NCBI RefSeq assembly: GCF_000007185.1 | Contig: NC_003551.1 | Span: 1,170,001 to 1,202,000 of the forward strand | Origin: Methanopyrus kandleri AV19 | GTDB taxonomy: Archaea; JAADCQ01; Methanopyri; Methanopyrales; Methanopyraceae | DNA length: 32,000 bases | Reading direction: 5' to 3' | Shown here: positions 1 through 9,462 of the stretch, one piece after another | Numbering within the stretch: the first letter of the stretch is position 1 | How the letters are laid out: every line of letters begins with the position of its first letter | Made by a program: the position numbers and the translations under genes | The notes under the pieces: model-generated | What the model was told of the DNA's origin: nothing | Databases searched by the model: none | Seen by the model: only the letters and a program-made list of their open reading frames with translations

Positions 1-2
1 AG

Positions 3-1121
3 GTCCTGGGGCTCTCGTACGGTGACGAGCGAGCCTATGTGATCACCAACGTCACGTACCTCAAGGACTTCGTCGACGGACGGGTGAGAAACGTCATCAC
101 CCGAACGCTGGGCCTGGACGCGACGTTTTCCGGTAGCAACCGGAGTATACAGGTGACGACGCTCGAAGACAGGATCGTCGAGTTCCACACGGACGAGACC
201 GCGGATCCCGTGATCGCGGTGGTCAACGCGGAGACGGGTGAGGGTGTTGCGGTCGTCCTGGATCTGGCGAAGTTGGAGGGTAAGAGGGCCGAGGACATCC
301 TGACGATGGATCCAGAGGAGTTCGTGAAGGAGTACGCGAAGGCGTACACGGATAAGGTGAAGATGAACGCGTTCGAGATCTCGGACGAGGACAACGATAA
401 GCTCTCGCGGCTGGGTCGGTACGCGTTCAACGTGGTCACGCTCGCAACGGCGGTGGTTAACGGGGTGCCGAAGGACCTACTGCGGTGCGCGGCGTGGCAC
501 AACCATTTCTGCCCCGGGGTGACAAGTGGCTGGATGATCGCCAAGTACATCCAGGAGGAGATCCTCGCGAAGGAGCCGTTGAAGGACAACGAGCGACTGG
601 TGTGGATCGGAGTACCCGTCTGGTGCAAGGAGGACGCCGTTCAGACGCTACTCGACCTGACGCCCGGTAAGCGCGGAGAGTTCGTGATGCAGCTACCGAG
701 GGAAGTGCAGGAGGAGCTGAAGAGGGAGTACGGCATCGACGTCGCGGGTATACTGATCAGGTACCAGTATACCGGTAAGGGCAAGGACGAGCAGATCCTG
801 GGCGGTAAGGCCTACGTCATCGGATTCGACTGGGACAAGGCCAACGAGATCCGACCGAACGTCCAGTACTTCGGACACGCGGCCTGGGCCGTGGAGCTGG
901 CGAAGCGTGATCCGAGGGAGTTCGTTAGGGTCATCAAGGAGATTAGCCTCGGCGCGGAGGACGTGAAGAAGCTGACCGAGGACACGGCACGGGTGAACCC
1001 GTTAGAGGTCGTCGGTGTGATCCACAATCCCAAACCCAAGAGGAAGCCGCCGGTGTACTGGGTGACGGTCGCGCTGGCCCTGACGTTGCTAGTTTTCCGA
1101 CGCCCCCTCAAGCCCTCCTAA
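3..1121 (+). CDS. FmdE-like domain protein with C-terminal transmembrane anchor, 5' truncated by window edge
   Basis: ORF 39..1121 stays open upstream to the window edge in the same frame (VLGLSYGDERAYVITNVTYL...), so the GTG at 39 is probably not the true start. Motif CAAWHNHFCPGVTSGWMIAKYI and VWCKEDAVQTLLDLTPGKRG resemble FmdE-family motifs; the C-terminus is hydrophobic and then basic (VYWVTVALALTLLVFRRPLKPS). Confidence 0.75.
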   Translation, partial: VLGLSYGDERAYVITNVTYLKDFVDGRVRNVITRTLGLDATFSGSNRSIQVTTLEDRIVEFHTDETADPVIAVVNAETGEGVAVVLDLAKLEGKRAEDILTMDPEEFVKEYAKAYTDKVKMNAFEISDEDNDKLSRLGRYAFNVVTLATAVVNGVPKDLLRCAAWHNHFCPGVTSGWMIAKYIQEEILAKEPLKDNERLVWIGVPVWCKEDAVQTLLDLTPGKRGEFVMQLPREVQEELKREYGIDVAGILIRYQYTGKGKDEQILGGKAYVIGFDWDKANEIRPNVQYFGHAAWAVELAKRDPREFVRVIKEISLGAEDVKKLTEDTARVNPLEVVGVIHNPKPKRKPPVYWVTVALALTLLVFRRPLKPS

Positions 1122-1193
1122 CGTTCCTTCGACCCACAGCTCGTTCTTCGAGATTTCGACCTGAGATCACCCTAGGAGCGGGGGAGAAGGACC

Positions 1194-4100
1194 GTGCTGG
1201 CGGCCTTGATCCTGGTCGTAACGACCCTACCGACCCCCGCACATGCCGACATCGGGTACGTCGGCTACGACCCGGAAGACGCGGCTCACTGGTCAGGGGT
1301 CGGTCTCCTTCAGCACCCCTACGTAGCTTGGAGGTCGGGCGGATACAAGACCGCGACGCTCGCCGACGGCAAGCTCCTACTGGGTACCGACTCCGGACGG
1401 GACGACGCCCTCGTCGAAGTGGATCCAGCGACGGGTCATGTACTCAGGAGGTACTCCCTCGAGTTCGATCCCGGGGATTGTTCCTACTCCGTACCGTTGG
1501 TCGCCCACACGCGCGAGGGAACCTGGGTCATCAAGGCCTACCGAACCACTAAGGACGAGCGCAATGTCGGGGCGATCCTGGCGATCAACATCGGAGACGG
1601 GGCGACCAGGTACCTCGTCGACGCCGACCTAGGGCCTTACGAGGTCGAAGAAACGCGCGTCCCGACGGTGTTCCCGGTCGCCTGTCTCGACGTCGACGGG
1701 GACGGCGACGAGGAGGTGATCGTCGAGGCGCCCTCGGGGATGTTCTGCTACGACGTTACCCCGGAGCTCAAGCGCCTCTGGTGGTTCAAGTGCGAGCCGG
1801 TCCACCTGCCGGACGGAGTATCGCTGCCCGCGATCCTCGATCTGGACGGGAGCCGGCTGCTCGTGGTCCTGGACGTGCGTGACGGTGTCCCGGTTCTGCA
1901 CGCGGTCGACGTCGGGACCGGCGAGGAGCGGTGGTCCATCGACCTGACCCAGCATGGGGTCCCGAGGGTGAAGGGGTACCGGTCGGTCTGGAAGGTCATG
2001 ACCGGAGACCTCGATGGCGACGGGAAACCGGAGCTCGTGGTGACCCTACCCGGCGCCCAGCGGAGCGTCCAGTCCTGTGGCCTCGCGACGAAGGGCTCCG
2101 GAGAGAGTTACCTGGTGGTCCTCCGTCCTCGAACCGACGGCGCCGACCCGGTCACGGTGCTGAAGATCTCCGACGTGTACCCGCTCAACTCGGGCTTCGG
2201 ACATCCGGCGGCTCTCGGGGACATCGACGGCGACGGGAAGGACGAGCTGATCACGTTCTTCACGGACCGCCTGCGTGTGTTCAAGCTCCATGGCGATCGA
2301 CTCGAGCAGGTCGCGGAGGTTAAGCCGGGAGTCACCGTGTTCTGGAGTTCCGTCTGTCTGATCGACCTGACCGGGGACGGCAGGCCTGAAGTGCTCCTCT
2401 CCGGCAACCCGGGCCGGACGGTAGCCCTGAGGTACGACCACGGCCAGTTGTACGTCCTCTGGGAGGTACCATACCCGGCCCAGGTGAACCTTCCGGTCCC
2501 CGTGGACTCCGATCGTGACGGGAAAGTCGATACACTCGTTCTTTACTCGACCGAGCACGGGATCGTGGCGCTGAAGGCCGGTCGAACGGCCCCTACACGG
2601 GGGGAGAAATCCGAGGGTAAGCGCCGGCGACTACCGTTGATCCCGGTCCCACCGATTCCCAGACGACGTCGGCTCTTCGTCGCGACGCTCGTCGTCGCGG
2701 TCACGATGGCGGCAGCACCGGTGACGGCTACCGTACCGCTTTACTGTGAGGACAGGGCCGATCCCTCTACGGTTCAGGCACTCAAAAGCGAGGTCCATCG
2801 CCAGATAGTCGACGCGGTGCACTGGCTGGCGGAGCAGGAGAAACCCACCGAGACGGAGTTCTACTTCCCGGGCTGGTACTACGACCCGAACCCGACGGGT
2901 GAGCCTAGGAGGTTCTCGGCCATGGACACGGCGTGGGTGCTCTTCGGGCTCGCACACTGTTACAAGGCCGGGATCGAGAGGGACCTTTGCCTGGAGCTCA
3001 TCAAGAAGGGTCTGACCGCGCTCGAAGCCTGCCAGGACGACGAAGGCCTCATCCACGACGTGCCCGTGAAAAGTCTAGGCGCGGGAAGCTTCACACTCGG
3101 GTGCGCAGTACCCACGGCACCTTCGAGCGAGGAGGAGGCCCAGCAGCTGAAGGAATGGGTCGGCTTCTACACCTCGCAGTCCCTACCCGGCATCGTGGCC
3201 GTTTACCGCCTGGTCGACGACCCGGAGGTCAAAGAGCGGGCTAAGCGCATCGCATACCGTGCCATCGAGGCGATGTTCAAGCACTACTGGAGGGAGGAGG
3301 AAGTGACCACTCCGGAAGGTACAGTCGAGATCGGCTACTTCCAGATCCAGGGCCCCGGAGCTTGGTCCGATAGGACCAGGACAACGCCGCTGGTGCTCTG
3401 GGCCATCCTCTGGTCGGGGTACAGGTCGTGGAACGACCGGGAGGTTCAGCTGATGTGGAACCTCCTCCGGTTCACGGAGAAGGAGCGGACGGTCCGAGGT
3501 ATCCCCGTCGCGCACGTCGGCGACATCAAGATCGACTGCGACTCGTGGACGCTCTGCGCCCTGGCGGCGGTCGGTAATACTGTGGATTCTGGCCCGTTGA
3601 GCGATCTCGTCAGGAAGCTCGTGAACTGTATCATGGCGCATACGAAGCCGACGCGCGGTGGTCTGATGGCGGTCGCCTGCCACTTCGGAGAGCTCGAAGA
3701 GGAGCCGGGGAAGGCCTTCCTAGCACATAAGGCCGCACGAGCCTACTACGGTCTACTCCAGGCGGGCGTGCCGCCCGACAACCGGCTCGTCACCGAGATC
3801 GTCAGGTTCTGCCTCAAGGCACACCGGATCGACCCGAACGAGAAGGATCCGGTGACCGGTCTCCAGGGTACGTATAAGGACGACGTGCCTTACTGGTGCT
3901 GGACGGACGTGGAGTGGAAGAACGACTACCGCGGACTCAAATGCTTCTGCACCGGGATCACGCTGGCGTACCTGGCGGAGTGGTACTCACTGGTCGAAGG
4001 CAACGAACCCTCCTGCCGCTCGAAGACCACTGAGCGTCATCGAGTACCGGTAACCCCGGTGATCCTACCGTTATGCCCACGACGCGCACGACGTGACTGA
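1194..4100 (+). CDS. Secreted/membrane protein: signal peptide + FG-GAP/VCBS-like DxDGDG repeats, internal hydrophobic segment, then prenyltransferase/squalene-cyclase-like alpha/alpha-toroid region
   Basis: 968-aa ORF, GTG start after a purine-rich gggggagaag. N-term MLAALILVVTTLPTPAHA. Repeats DVDGDGDEEV, DLDGDGKPELV, DIDGDGKDELI, DLTGDGRPEVL, DSDRDGKVDTL. Second half has helical repeats such as AMDTAWVLFGLAHCY...GLTALEACQDDEGL. Confidence 0.8.
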   Translation: MLAALILVVTTLPTPAHADIGYVGYDPEDAAHWSGVGLLQHPYVAWRSGGYKTATLADGKLLLGTDSGRDDALVEVDPATGHVLRRYSLEFDPGDCSYSVPLVAHTREGTWVIKAYRTTKDERNVGAILAINIGDGATRYLVDADLGPYEVEETRVPTVFPVACLDVDGDGDEEVIVEAPSGMFCYDVTPELKRLWWFKCEPVHLPDGVSLPAILDLDGSRLLVVLDVRDGVPVLHAVDVGTGEERWSIDLTQHGVPRVKGYRSVWKVMTGDLDGDGKPELVVTLPGAQRSVQSCGLATKGSGESYLVVLRPRTDGADPVTVLKISDVYPLNSGFGHPAALGDIDGDGKDELITFFTDRLRVFKLHGDRLEQVAEVKPGVTVFWSSVCLIDLTGDGRPEVLLSGNPGRTVALRYDHGQLYVLWEVPYPAQVNLPVPVDSDRDGKVDTLVLYSTEHGIVALKAGRTAPTRGEKSEGKRRRLPLIPVPPIPRRRRLFVATLVVAVTMAAAPVTATVPLYCEDRADPSTVQALKSEVHRQIVDAVHWLAEQEKPTETEFYFPGWYYDPNPTGEPRRFSAMDTAWVLFGLAHCYKAGIERDLCLELIKKGLTALEACQDDEGLIHDVPVKSLGAGSFTLGCAVPTAPSSEEEAQQLKEWVGFYTSQSLPGIVAVYRLVDDPEVKERAKRIAYRAIEAMFKHYWREEEVTTPEGTVEIGYFQIQGPGAWSDRTRTTPLVLWAILWSGYRSWNDREVQLMWNLLRFTEKERTVRGIPVAHVGDIKIDCDSWTLCALAAVGNTVDSGPLSDLVRKLVNCIMAHTKPTRGGLMAVACHFGELEEEPGKAFLAHKAARAYYGLLQAGVPPDNRLVTEIVRFCLKAHRIDPNEKDPVTGLQGTYKDDVPYWCWTDVEWKNDYRGLKCFCTGITLAYLAEWYSLVEGNEPSCRSKTTERHRVPVTPVILPLCPRRARRD

Positions 4101-4102
4101 GC

Positions 4103-4543
4103 TCACGGCAGCATCCTATCGGTATCCTCGGTTTCTTCCGGCCCTTTCTGTTCCTCCGTCTCGATCTCGGCACGTGCGAGCCTCCGAACCAGCACGATCA
4201 GATCGGACGTCGGGTCTTCCAGCTCCTCCTTCTCCCACTCACCGAGTGGATCGTCCCGGTACCACGCTTCCTTCAGGTTCGTTACGATCGCCGCCGGTTC
4301 CACGTCCGAGTTCCATTCGATGATCGCCCGGACGTACCGGAGCGCCCTACGCAGGTCCTCGTCCGTGATTTCGACGCCCGGGAACCCCACCTCCACGACC
4401 ACGGGCCTGCGATCCATGACCAGGAGGTCCACACGACCCCTAACCCCGGGGATCCTCACCTGGGCGACCGCGGGCAATCCTTCCTTCCGAAGCCAGTGGT
4501 ACACCTCGCTCACGAAGCTCCCCTCGGTGACCTCGATCTCCAA
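4103..4543 (-). CDS. Putative PD-(D/E)XK-like nuclease-fold protein
   Basis: 146-aa ORF with GVRGRVDLLVMDRRPVVVEVGFPG, resembling the GxVD...VVVEV core of restriction-endonuclease-like folds. AT-rich TATA-like ctttaaag lies upstream (~4640). Confidence 0.6.
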   Translation of the reverse strand: MEIEVTEGSFVSEVYHWLRKEGLPAVAQVRIPGVRGRVDLLVMDRRPVVVEVGFPGVEITDEDLRRALRYVRAIIEWNSDVEPAAIVTNLKEAWYRDDPLGEWEKEELEDPTSDLIVLVRRLARAEIETEEQKGPEETEDTDRMLP

Positions 4544-4739
4544 CCCGTTCAGGTTGACACGCGAGGGGTGTCCCCCCGTCAGGGACCGTGTTTTTCCGGA
4601 ATCTCACAACAACCCTCGGTGGTCGTCCCACTTTAAAGATAGGTAGTCACCGAGTCTCGGGCTCCGATCCGGAAGGGACGGAAGGCGTCGGGATGACGGC
4701 TCGAGATCGACCTGGGCCGGTTCGTCCCACGCGGAACCG

Positions 4740-5642
4740 TCAACTCGTGCTGCTCTTGAACCTGGCATGTGGTGCGAACGTCAGGAAGAGCACCTCATCG
4801 GCGAAATCTATGTCCCCGCTAACCCCGTACAATCGCTCCAGTAACTCCTTTTTAACCTTATCCTTATTCAATACAACCAGCAACTCAGCGTCGACAACTT
4901 TAAACTTCTTCTTCCCGTTCAACCTGTAATCTACATCAACTTTGCTAACTTTGTCAATGAAATTACTCAACTCGACTTCGACAAGTATCTCTATATACTT
5001 ACTCACTCGACTTTTACTTTTCGCTTTCTCAGGTTTTTCCCAAATCTTCTCACATGAAAATACTTCCTTTTCCTGTAAATACTCGATAACATTATCAATA
5101 GTTTTCAGGGAAAAATTCTCTTTCTCAGCACGGATTTCATAAATACATTTGACTTCTTCATCCTCAACCTTAGGCGACATGTTAAACTTCACGTTCGCGC
5201 TACATTTCTTCAGTTCCCACGAGTGATCATCGTCACCTTCCAATCTCATCAAGGACCTAGCATCGTCCTTGAAATTAATTTTCATCAACTTGGAGTCACA
5301 ATCCACCTCTATAGATTTCACCGTCAGTGGCTCCTCAGTAGGTAACTCCACATCACCGATCCTAACTTTGCCTACGGGTGAGTGGAAGACGATCCAGTGC
5401 TCCCATTCGACGTCGGGTTCCTCGGCCTTCAGCCGGCCTACACCGAACGTCGGGTTGTTGAGTGTGGCTAGCTCGAGCTCGGCGCTCCTCTCTCTCCATC
5501 CTATGGCCTTTTTCCCGTAGATCCAGCCCTGGGCGCCCGACTCGGCCCCGCTCAGCACCCGGCTGATCGTCCCGGAGATCAGACCGCGGGGATCGTGGAT
5601 CGTGGCGATGTTCCGCAGCGTGAGCCGGTGGGGTTCGGGCAC
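4740..5642 (-). CDS. Hypothetical protein, AT-rich coding region
   Basis: The 4740..6623 track ORF is too long: its 5' part is antisense to the + gene. Plausible GTG start at 5642 gives (M)PEPHRLTLRNIATIHDPRGLISG... (300 aa). The C-terminal two-thirds is K/E/V-rich and compositionally coherent protein sequence. Confidence 0.6.
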   Translation of the reverse strand: MPEPHRLTLRNIATIHDPRGLISGTISRVLSGAESGAQGWIYGKKAIGWRERSAELELATLNNPTFGVGRLKAEEPDVEWEHWIVFHSPVGKVRIGDVELPTEEPLTVKSIEVDCDSKLMKINFKDDARSLMRLEGDDDHSWELKKCSANVKFNMSPKVEDEEVKCIYEIRAEKENFSLKTIDNVIEYLQEKEVFSCEKIWEKPEKAKSKSRVSKYIEILVEVELSNFIDKVSKVDVDYRLNGKKKFKVVDAELLVVLNKDKVKKELLERLYGVSGDIDFADEVLFLTFAPHARFKSSTS

Positions 5643-6036
5643 GCAGGTCGGCGGTCGTTGCCAGCATCGGAGTACGGTGGGCCCCTGATTCAACCTTGGT
5701 CCCCCGCGCTTCACAACTTGACGCCAACGTTGGCGGAAGCACCCTTTCCAGTGAGTTTTAAATTCCTTATCTTCAGGGGACGGTCGGTCGAGACCGTCGC
5801 GGCGGATCGTGTTCGGAGGAGGGCCCGGACCACGGTCGCTCGGAGGGTCCGACCGGGCGGCCCGTACGGAGGCGTCCGTCGGAGAGCGTCGTAACTCGCC
5901 GGAAGGGAACCGTGCGCCCACGACGTCGGCACCAGGCGGTCCTCGGACGTCTCGTCGGGAGGGCCCCCGCCCCCGCACCAAGCGTCCGGTACGGTGTTCC
6001 GCCCCGGGGTCGCATCCCGTGACCCCTCCCGCAGGG

Positions 6037-6945
6037 GTGGGTCCCTTGGTCGAGTGGAGGGAAGTACCGGTACTGCCCAAGAACACGTTCTTCAAGAAGC
6101 TCAACGCGGCGATAGCCTGGATTGACCCTTTTGACGAGTTCGCGAACCCGGACGTCAAGGAGCTCCTGGCTGGCGTCTCGGACGAGCTGGACCCTAACCC
6201 GCTGCTCCACTGGTCGAACGTCCTATCGGCCGAACACCCACCCGAGGAATGGCGCATCCCGTACGAGCTGGCCGAGTACATGGTGTGTTTCAACAAGGCC
6301 GGGGCGGCCGTCCTGAGGTACTTCGCCGATGCCCTGAGGAACGTGTTCGAACGTCCTTCGCTGGATCGGCTCGTCCGACCGCTGGCGATCGAAATGGCAC
6401 TGTCCGACGGTGACGAGCTTCCCGGACTCGTCCGCTCGGAGCTCGGGATCGAGAAAGGATATCGGGGTCTGGGGAAGGGTCTCCCGGACGCCTTACGGCC
6501 CTCACGGTGGCTCCTCGTCTCGGTCGTGAGCCACGCTTGCTCCAACAGGAAGGCGAGGCCCGAGGAGATCGCGGAGGAGTTCGAGGAACACCTCGGGTTC
6601 GAGCTCGAGGGCCCCGAGGTCATCGATCGGCTACGGGAGAACGTGGAAGAGGCCGTCGAAGACCTGGTGACGTGGGCCTCCCGGGAAGGTGAGGACCCGA
6701 AGCCCTACGTGGAGGTGTTCAGGGAGGCGGTCACAGCGACCCTTCGGCGCTCGATCCGACTCGTCAGGAGACCCGAGGAGATCGCGAAATCCTGCCTCAA
6801 GGTGGATCCGACGGTCTCGATCGGAGGCGTGAAGATCGGTCCGGAGGACTACGACCCGCTGTGGGAGAGGGTCCGTCAGGTGGACGTCGAGGAGGTGACC
6901 GCCGAGATCGTGGACGAGCTACTGGACGAGCTGACGCGACGGTGA
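6037..6945 (+). CDS. Hypothetical mostly helical protein
   Basis: ORF 5809..6945; sequence before ~6037 (GTG) is low-quality R/G/P-rich, and after it is protein-like (VGPLVEWREVPVLPKNTFFKKLNAAIAWIDPFDEF...VDELLDELTRR). Confidence 0.65.
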   Translation: MGPLVEWREVPVLPKNTFFKKLNAAIAWIDPFDEFANPDVKELLAGVSDELDPNPLLHWSNVLSAEHPPEEWRIPYELAEYMVCFNKAGAAVLRYFADALRNVFERPSLDRLVRPLAIEMALSDGDELPGLVRSELGIEKGYRGLGKGLPDALRPSRWLLVSVVSHACSNRKARPEEIAEEFEEHLGFELEGPEVIDRLRENVEEAVEDLVTWASREGEDPKPYVEVFREAVTATLRRSIRLVRRPEEIAKSCLKVDPTVSIGGVKIGPEDYDPLWERVRQVDVEEVTAEIVDELLDELTRR

Positions 6946-7070
6946 GTGGCCACCGGGACCGCGTCGGTTCGCCGGACGGATCGTGCGCCGGTCAAACCGT
7001 GCACCGAAGGACGGCGGACCGCCGCGGGACTTATCGTTACGATATCCGTGACGTTCGGCCGGGGAGGGTA

Positions 7071-7844
7071 TCAGAGCGCCACTAGGATCGCCTTTAGGAA
7101 CTCCGCGAACATCTCAACGGCCGTCGGCCCGATGAAGACGAGCACCGGCGCCACGATCAGGATCGGTGGCATGTACTTCAGGACGAGCTCGGCGAGGTCC
7201 ATAGCCGTATCCAGGACGTCATCGAGGTGTATCCGCGCCCGTGATCCCCCGTGCGCCAGTCCCTCAGCCTTCACTTTCACGTTGAACTTAGCGAGGACGT
7301 ACCTGGCGTCCTCGGGGATCTCGGTGGAATGCAGACCCGGATAGAGCTCGGCTGCCACGACGCACTCGGTGCTGAATTCAGTGTCGGCCACGTACTGACT
7401 TACGCAGCCTACCCGCGCCTGGAGCATACCGTCCGGCGTGTCGACAGTAGCCGAGCTGCACGGCCAGTCGGGGAACAACGTCGCCGCGAGCGCGGTCTTA
7501 CCGTCGTACTTCAGCGTCACGCTGACCGTCACGGGACCCCTAATGCCCTCGAACGTGACCGATTTCGGGACCTCGGAAAGCTTGAACTCGGCGGTGTGGG
7601 TGGTCCCCGTACCGACGTCGGTGACCGCGACGTCTAAGGTGAGCTTACTCACCAATGTGTCGTAGGTACCGAGCTCGGCACCGTTTGAGACCATATCGTC
7701 GAGAGCCACATTCACCGTGACCTGGCCCGCGTGTACGGCTGCGGGTGCGATCGTGAGAAGTAGGACGAACGCGAGCGCCTGCAGCACGACACCCTCCCCC
7801 GTTAGCGTTACCGAAAATCGATGAGGCTTTTCAGTTTTTCGCAC
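7071..7844 (-). CDS. Secreted, C-terminally membrane-anchored hypothetical protein
   Basis: N-terminal signal peptide (VVLQALAFVLLLTIAPAAVHAG), beta-rich middle, hydrophobic C-term (YMPPILIVAPVLVFIGPTAVEMFAEFLKAILVAL). The true start may be downstream of 7844. Confidence 0.7.
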   Translation of the reverse strand: MRKTEKPHRFSVTLTGEGVVLQALAFVLLLTIAPAAVHAGQVTVNVALDDMVSNGAELGTYDTLVSKLTLDVAVTDVGTGTTHTAEFKLSEVPKSVTFEGIRGPVTVSVTLKYDGKTALAATLFPDWPCSSATVDTPDGMLQARVGCVSQYVADTEFSTECVVAAELYPGLHSTEIPEDARYVLAKFNVKVKAEGLAHGGSRARIHLDDVLDTAMDLAELVLKYMPPILIVAPVLVFIGPTAVEMFAEFLKAILVAL

Positions 7845-8570
7845 GGTGGTAGAGACGTCTCCGATCGTTCTCGGGTCATCGTGAAGTGAGCTCCGTCGCC
7901 CCGACTCCGCGTTCGTAACCCGAGCGTACCGACGGGAGTTGGACGGGCGTCAGAAGGCGTATCCCCCACACACCGAGCCAGCCGATCGCGGCCGCGAGCA
8001 ACGGCCTGGGCATCCAAGTCCAGCTGCGGAAAGTCGAGAACGACCGGCTGAAGGGCCCGTACATCGACCTCACCGAGACGCCGAGGATCCCCCTTGGTGA
8101 TCCTCAAGGCCGTCAAGCTCGAGGTGGCCGTGGACTCCCTCGAGGAAGCACTCAAAAGGGAGTCCTGGCTGTAAACCGACCGGAGTGGCTCCTTGAGCAC
8201 GAACCCAAGGTGAGCAAGGTACCCGTCAGGGAGGGGAGGAAGATCCCGGTGAACCCGGCGGTTGCGCTGGCGGGGCTGGTGACACTGGCGTGCCTCCGGC
8301 GCCGCTGATCTCCTCCGTCTCACTCGCGAATCGTTGTGAACCACGAAACGATCCTGGGACGGGCCTCGGTCTCGGACCCTTCCTCATCCTTCCGTTCAGA
8401 CCGGGTGAAGCTCCTCATCGGTCCGACCGAGACTCCGACTGAAGTCGTACGGCCGGAAGACCATGGGGTTCCTAGCCGCACGGTTTCATCCCAACTTTCA
8501 CCCTAACTCGGAACGTCCTCGACCGAGGATCGAGGTCAGGGGTGACGAGGGGCTCCCCCTCGGCCGGGCG

Positions 8571-9359
8571 TCAGCCTTCGCCGACCATCTTCAGATGGAT
8601 CGGGCAGTCCAGGCATCTCCCGCATCTCATACAGTCGAAATCGTTCGGGAACGCATCAGCCGGGTCAAGAGCTTTGGGACATACCGTGCAGACCTTACAG
8701 CCCTTGCAACCCTTTCGAACGATCTCTGTTTTGCCCTTAAGGAGCGGATCGAGCAGGCTCCAACCGTTCGCCAGACGCAGGAGGACGCCGACCGGACAGA
8801 TGTAACGGCATACGAACCGGGGAACGAACACGGACGCCCCCAGTATACCGAACGCCGCCGACATCTTGAGCACCGAGTAAAGGCCGATCTCCTGCCGTCC
8901 CAACAGGATGTAGGATAGGTAGTGCATCGGGCAGATCTTGTACCAGAGCTTGTACGCGGCGAATGGTCCGAGCACCAAGGTGGCGGCCAAGATCACGTAC
9001 CTCAGGTACAGGAGCACCCCATGACCGGGTGGGCGGTGCACGGTCAGGCCCAGTTTCCTACCGAGACCCGCGAGCGCGTCTTGGACGAGTACGAGGGGAC
9101 ATATCCAACCGCAGACGGCGCCTCCGACGAGAATCGCCGGTACGACCCAACCCACCAGTGCGACCGCCGCTAGCTGCGTCAGGGTCACGAGCCCGGCCGC
9201 CACGACCGGCAAGGCCAGGAGCATGGTACCCGTGTCGATGATACCGGCGCAGCCCGCCGCGATCCCGGGTACCACAACCTTGAGCCCGAACGCTACACCG
9301 ACGGCGGCCACACCGGCGGAGATAAGCTGGACCGCCACCCTCAGCTTTCTGATCTCCAT
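8571..9359 (-). CDS. NapH/MauN-like membrane polyferredoxin (4Fe-4S)
   Basis: 262 aa; multiple TM segments, CGWICPLVLVQD, CRYICPVG, and tandem ferredoxin motifs CKGCKVCTVCPKA and CMRCGRCLDCPIH. Confidence 0.85.
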   Translation of the reverse strand: MEIRKLRVAVQLISAGVAAVGVAFGLKVVVPGIAAGCAGIIDTGTMLLALPVVAAGLVTLTQLAAVALVGWVVPAILVGGAVCGWICPLVLVQDALAGLGRKLGLTVHRPPGHGVLLYLRYVILAATLVLGPFAAYKLWYKICPMHYLSYILLGRQEIGLYSVLKMSAAFGILGASVFVPRFVCRYICPVGVLLRLANGWSLLDPLLKGKTEIVRKGCKGCKVCTVCPKALDPADAFPNDFDCMRCGRCLDCPIHLKMVGEG

Positions 9360-9414
9360 ACCCGGTATCCTCCCCTACACGTCCGGTACCGTTAGACGGA
9401 CGTTCACAGTGTCG

Positions 9415-9424
9415 AATATAAGGG
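9415..9424 (-). promoter_or_regulatory. TATA-like element upstream of the polyferredoxin gene
   Basis: Minus strand reads cccttatatt in GC-rich context about 55 nt upstream of the ATG at 9359. Confidence 0.4.
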
Positions 9425-9462
9425 ATAGATAACAGACGACACGATTGGAGGAAGAGCGGAGC

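Noticed and set aside
5643-6623. Upstream half of minus-strand ORF 4740..6623
   Set aside because: Low-complexity R/P/S-rich antisense of the + gene at 6037..6945; only the part downstream of ~5642 looks like real protein.
7808-8344. 178-aa minus-strand ORF
   Set aside because: Composition (R/P/S-rich) typical of spurious ORFs in GC-rich DNA; the + strand carries better protein-like remnants.
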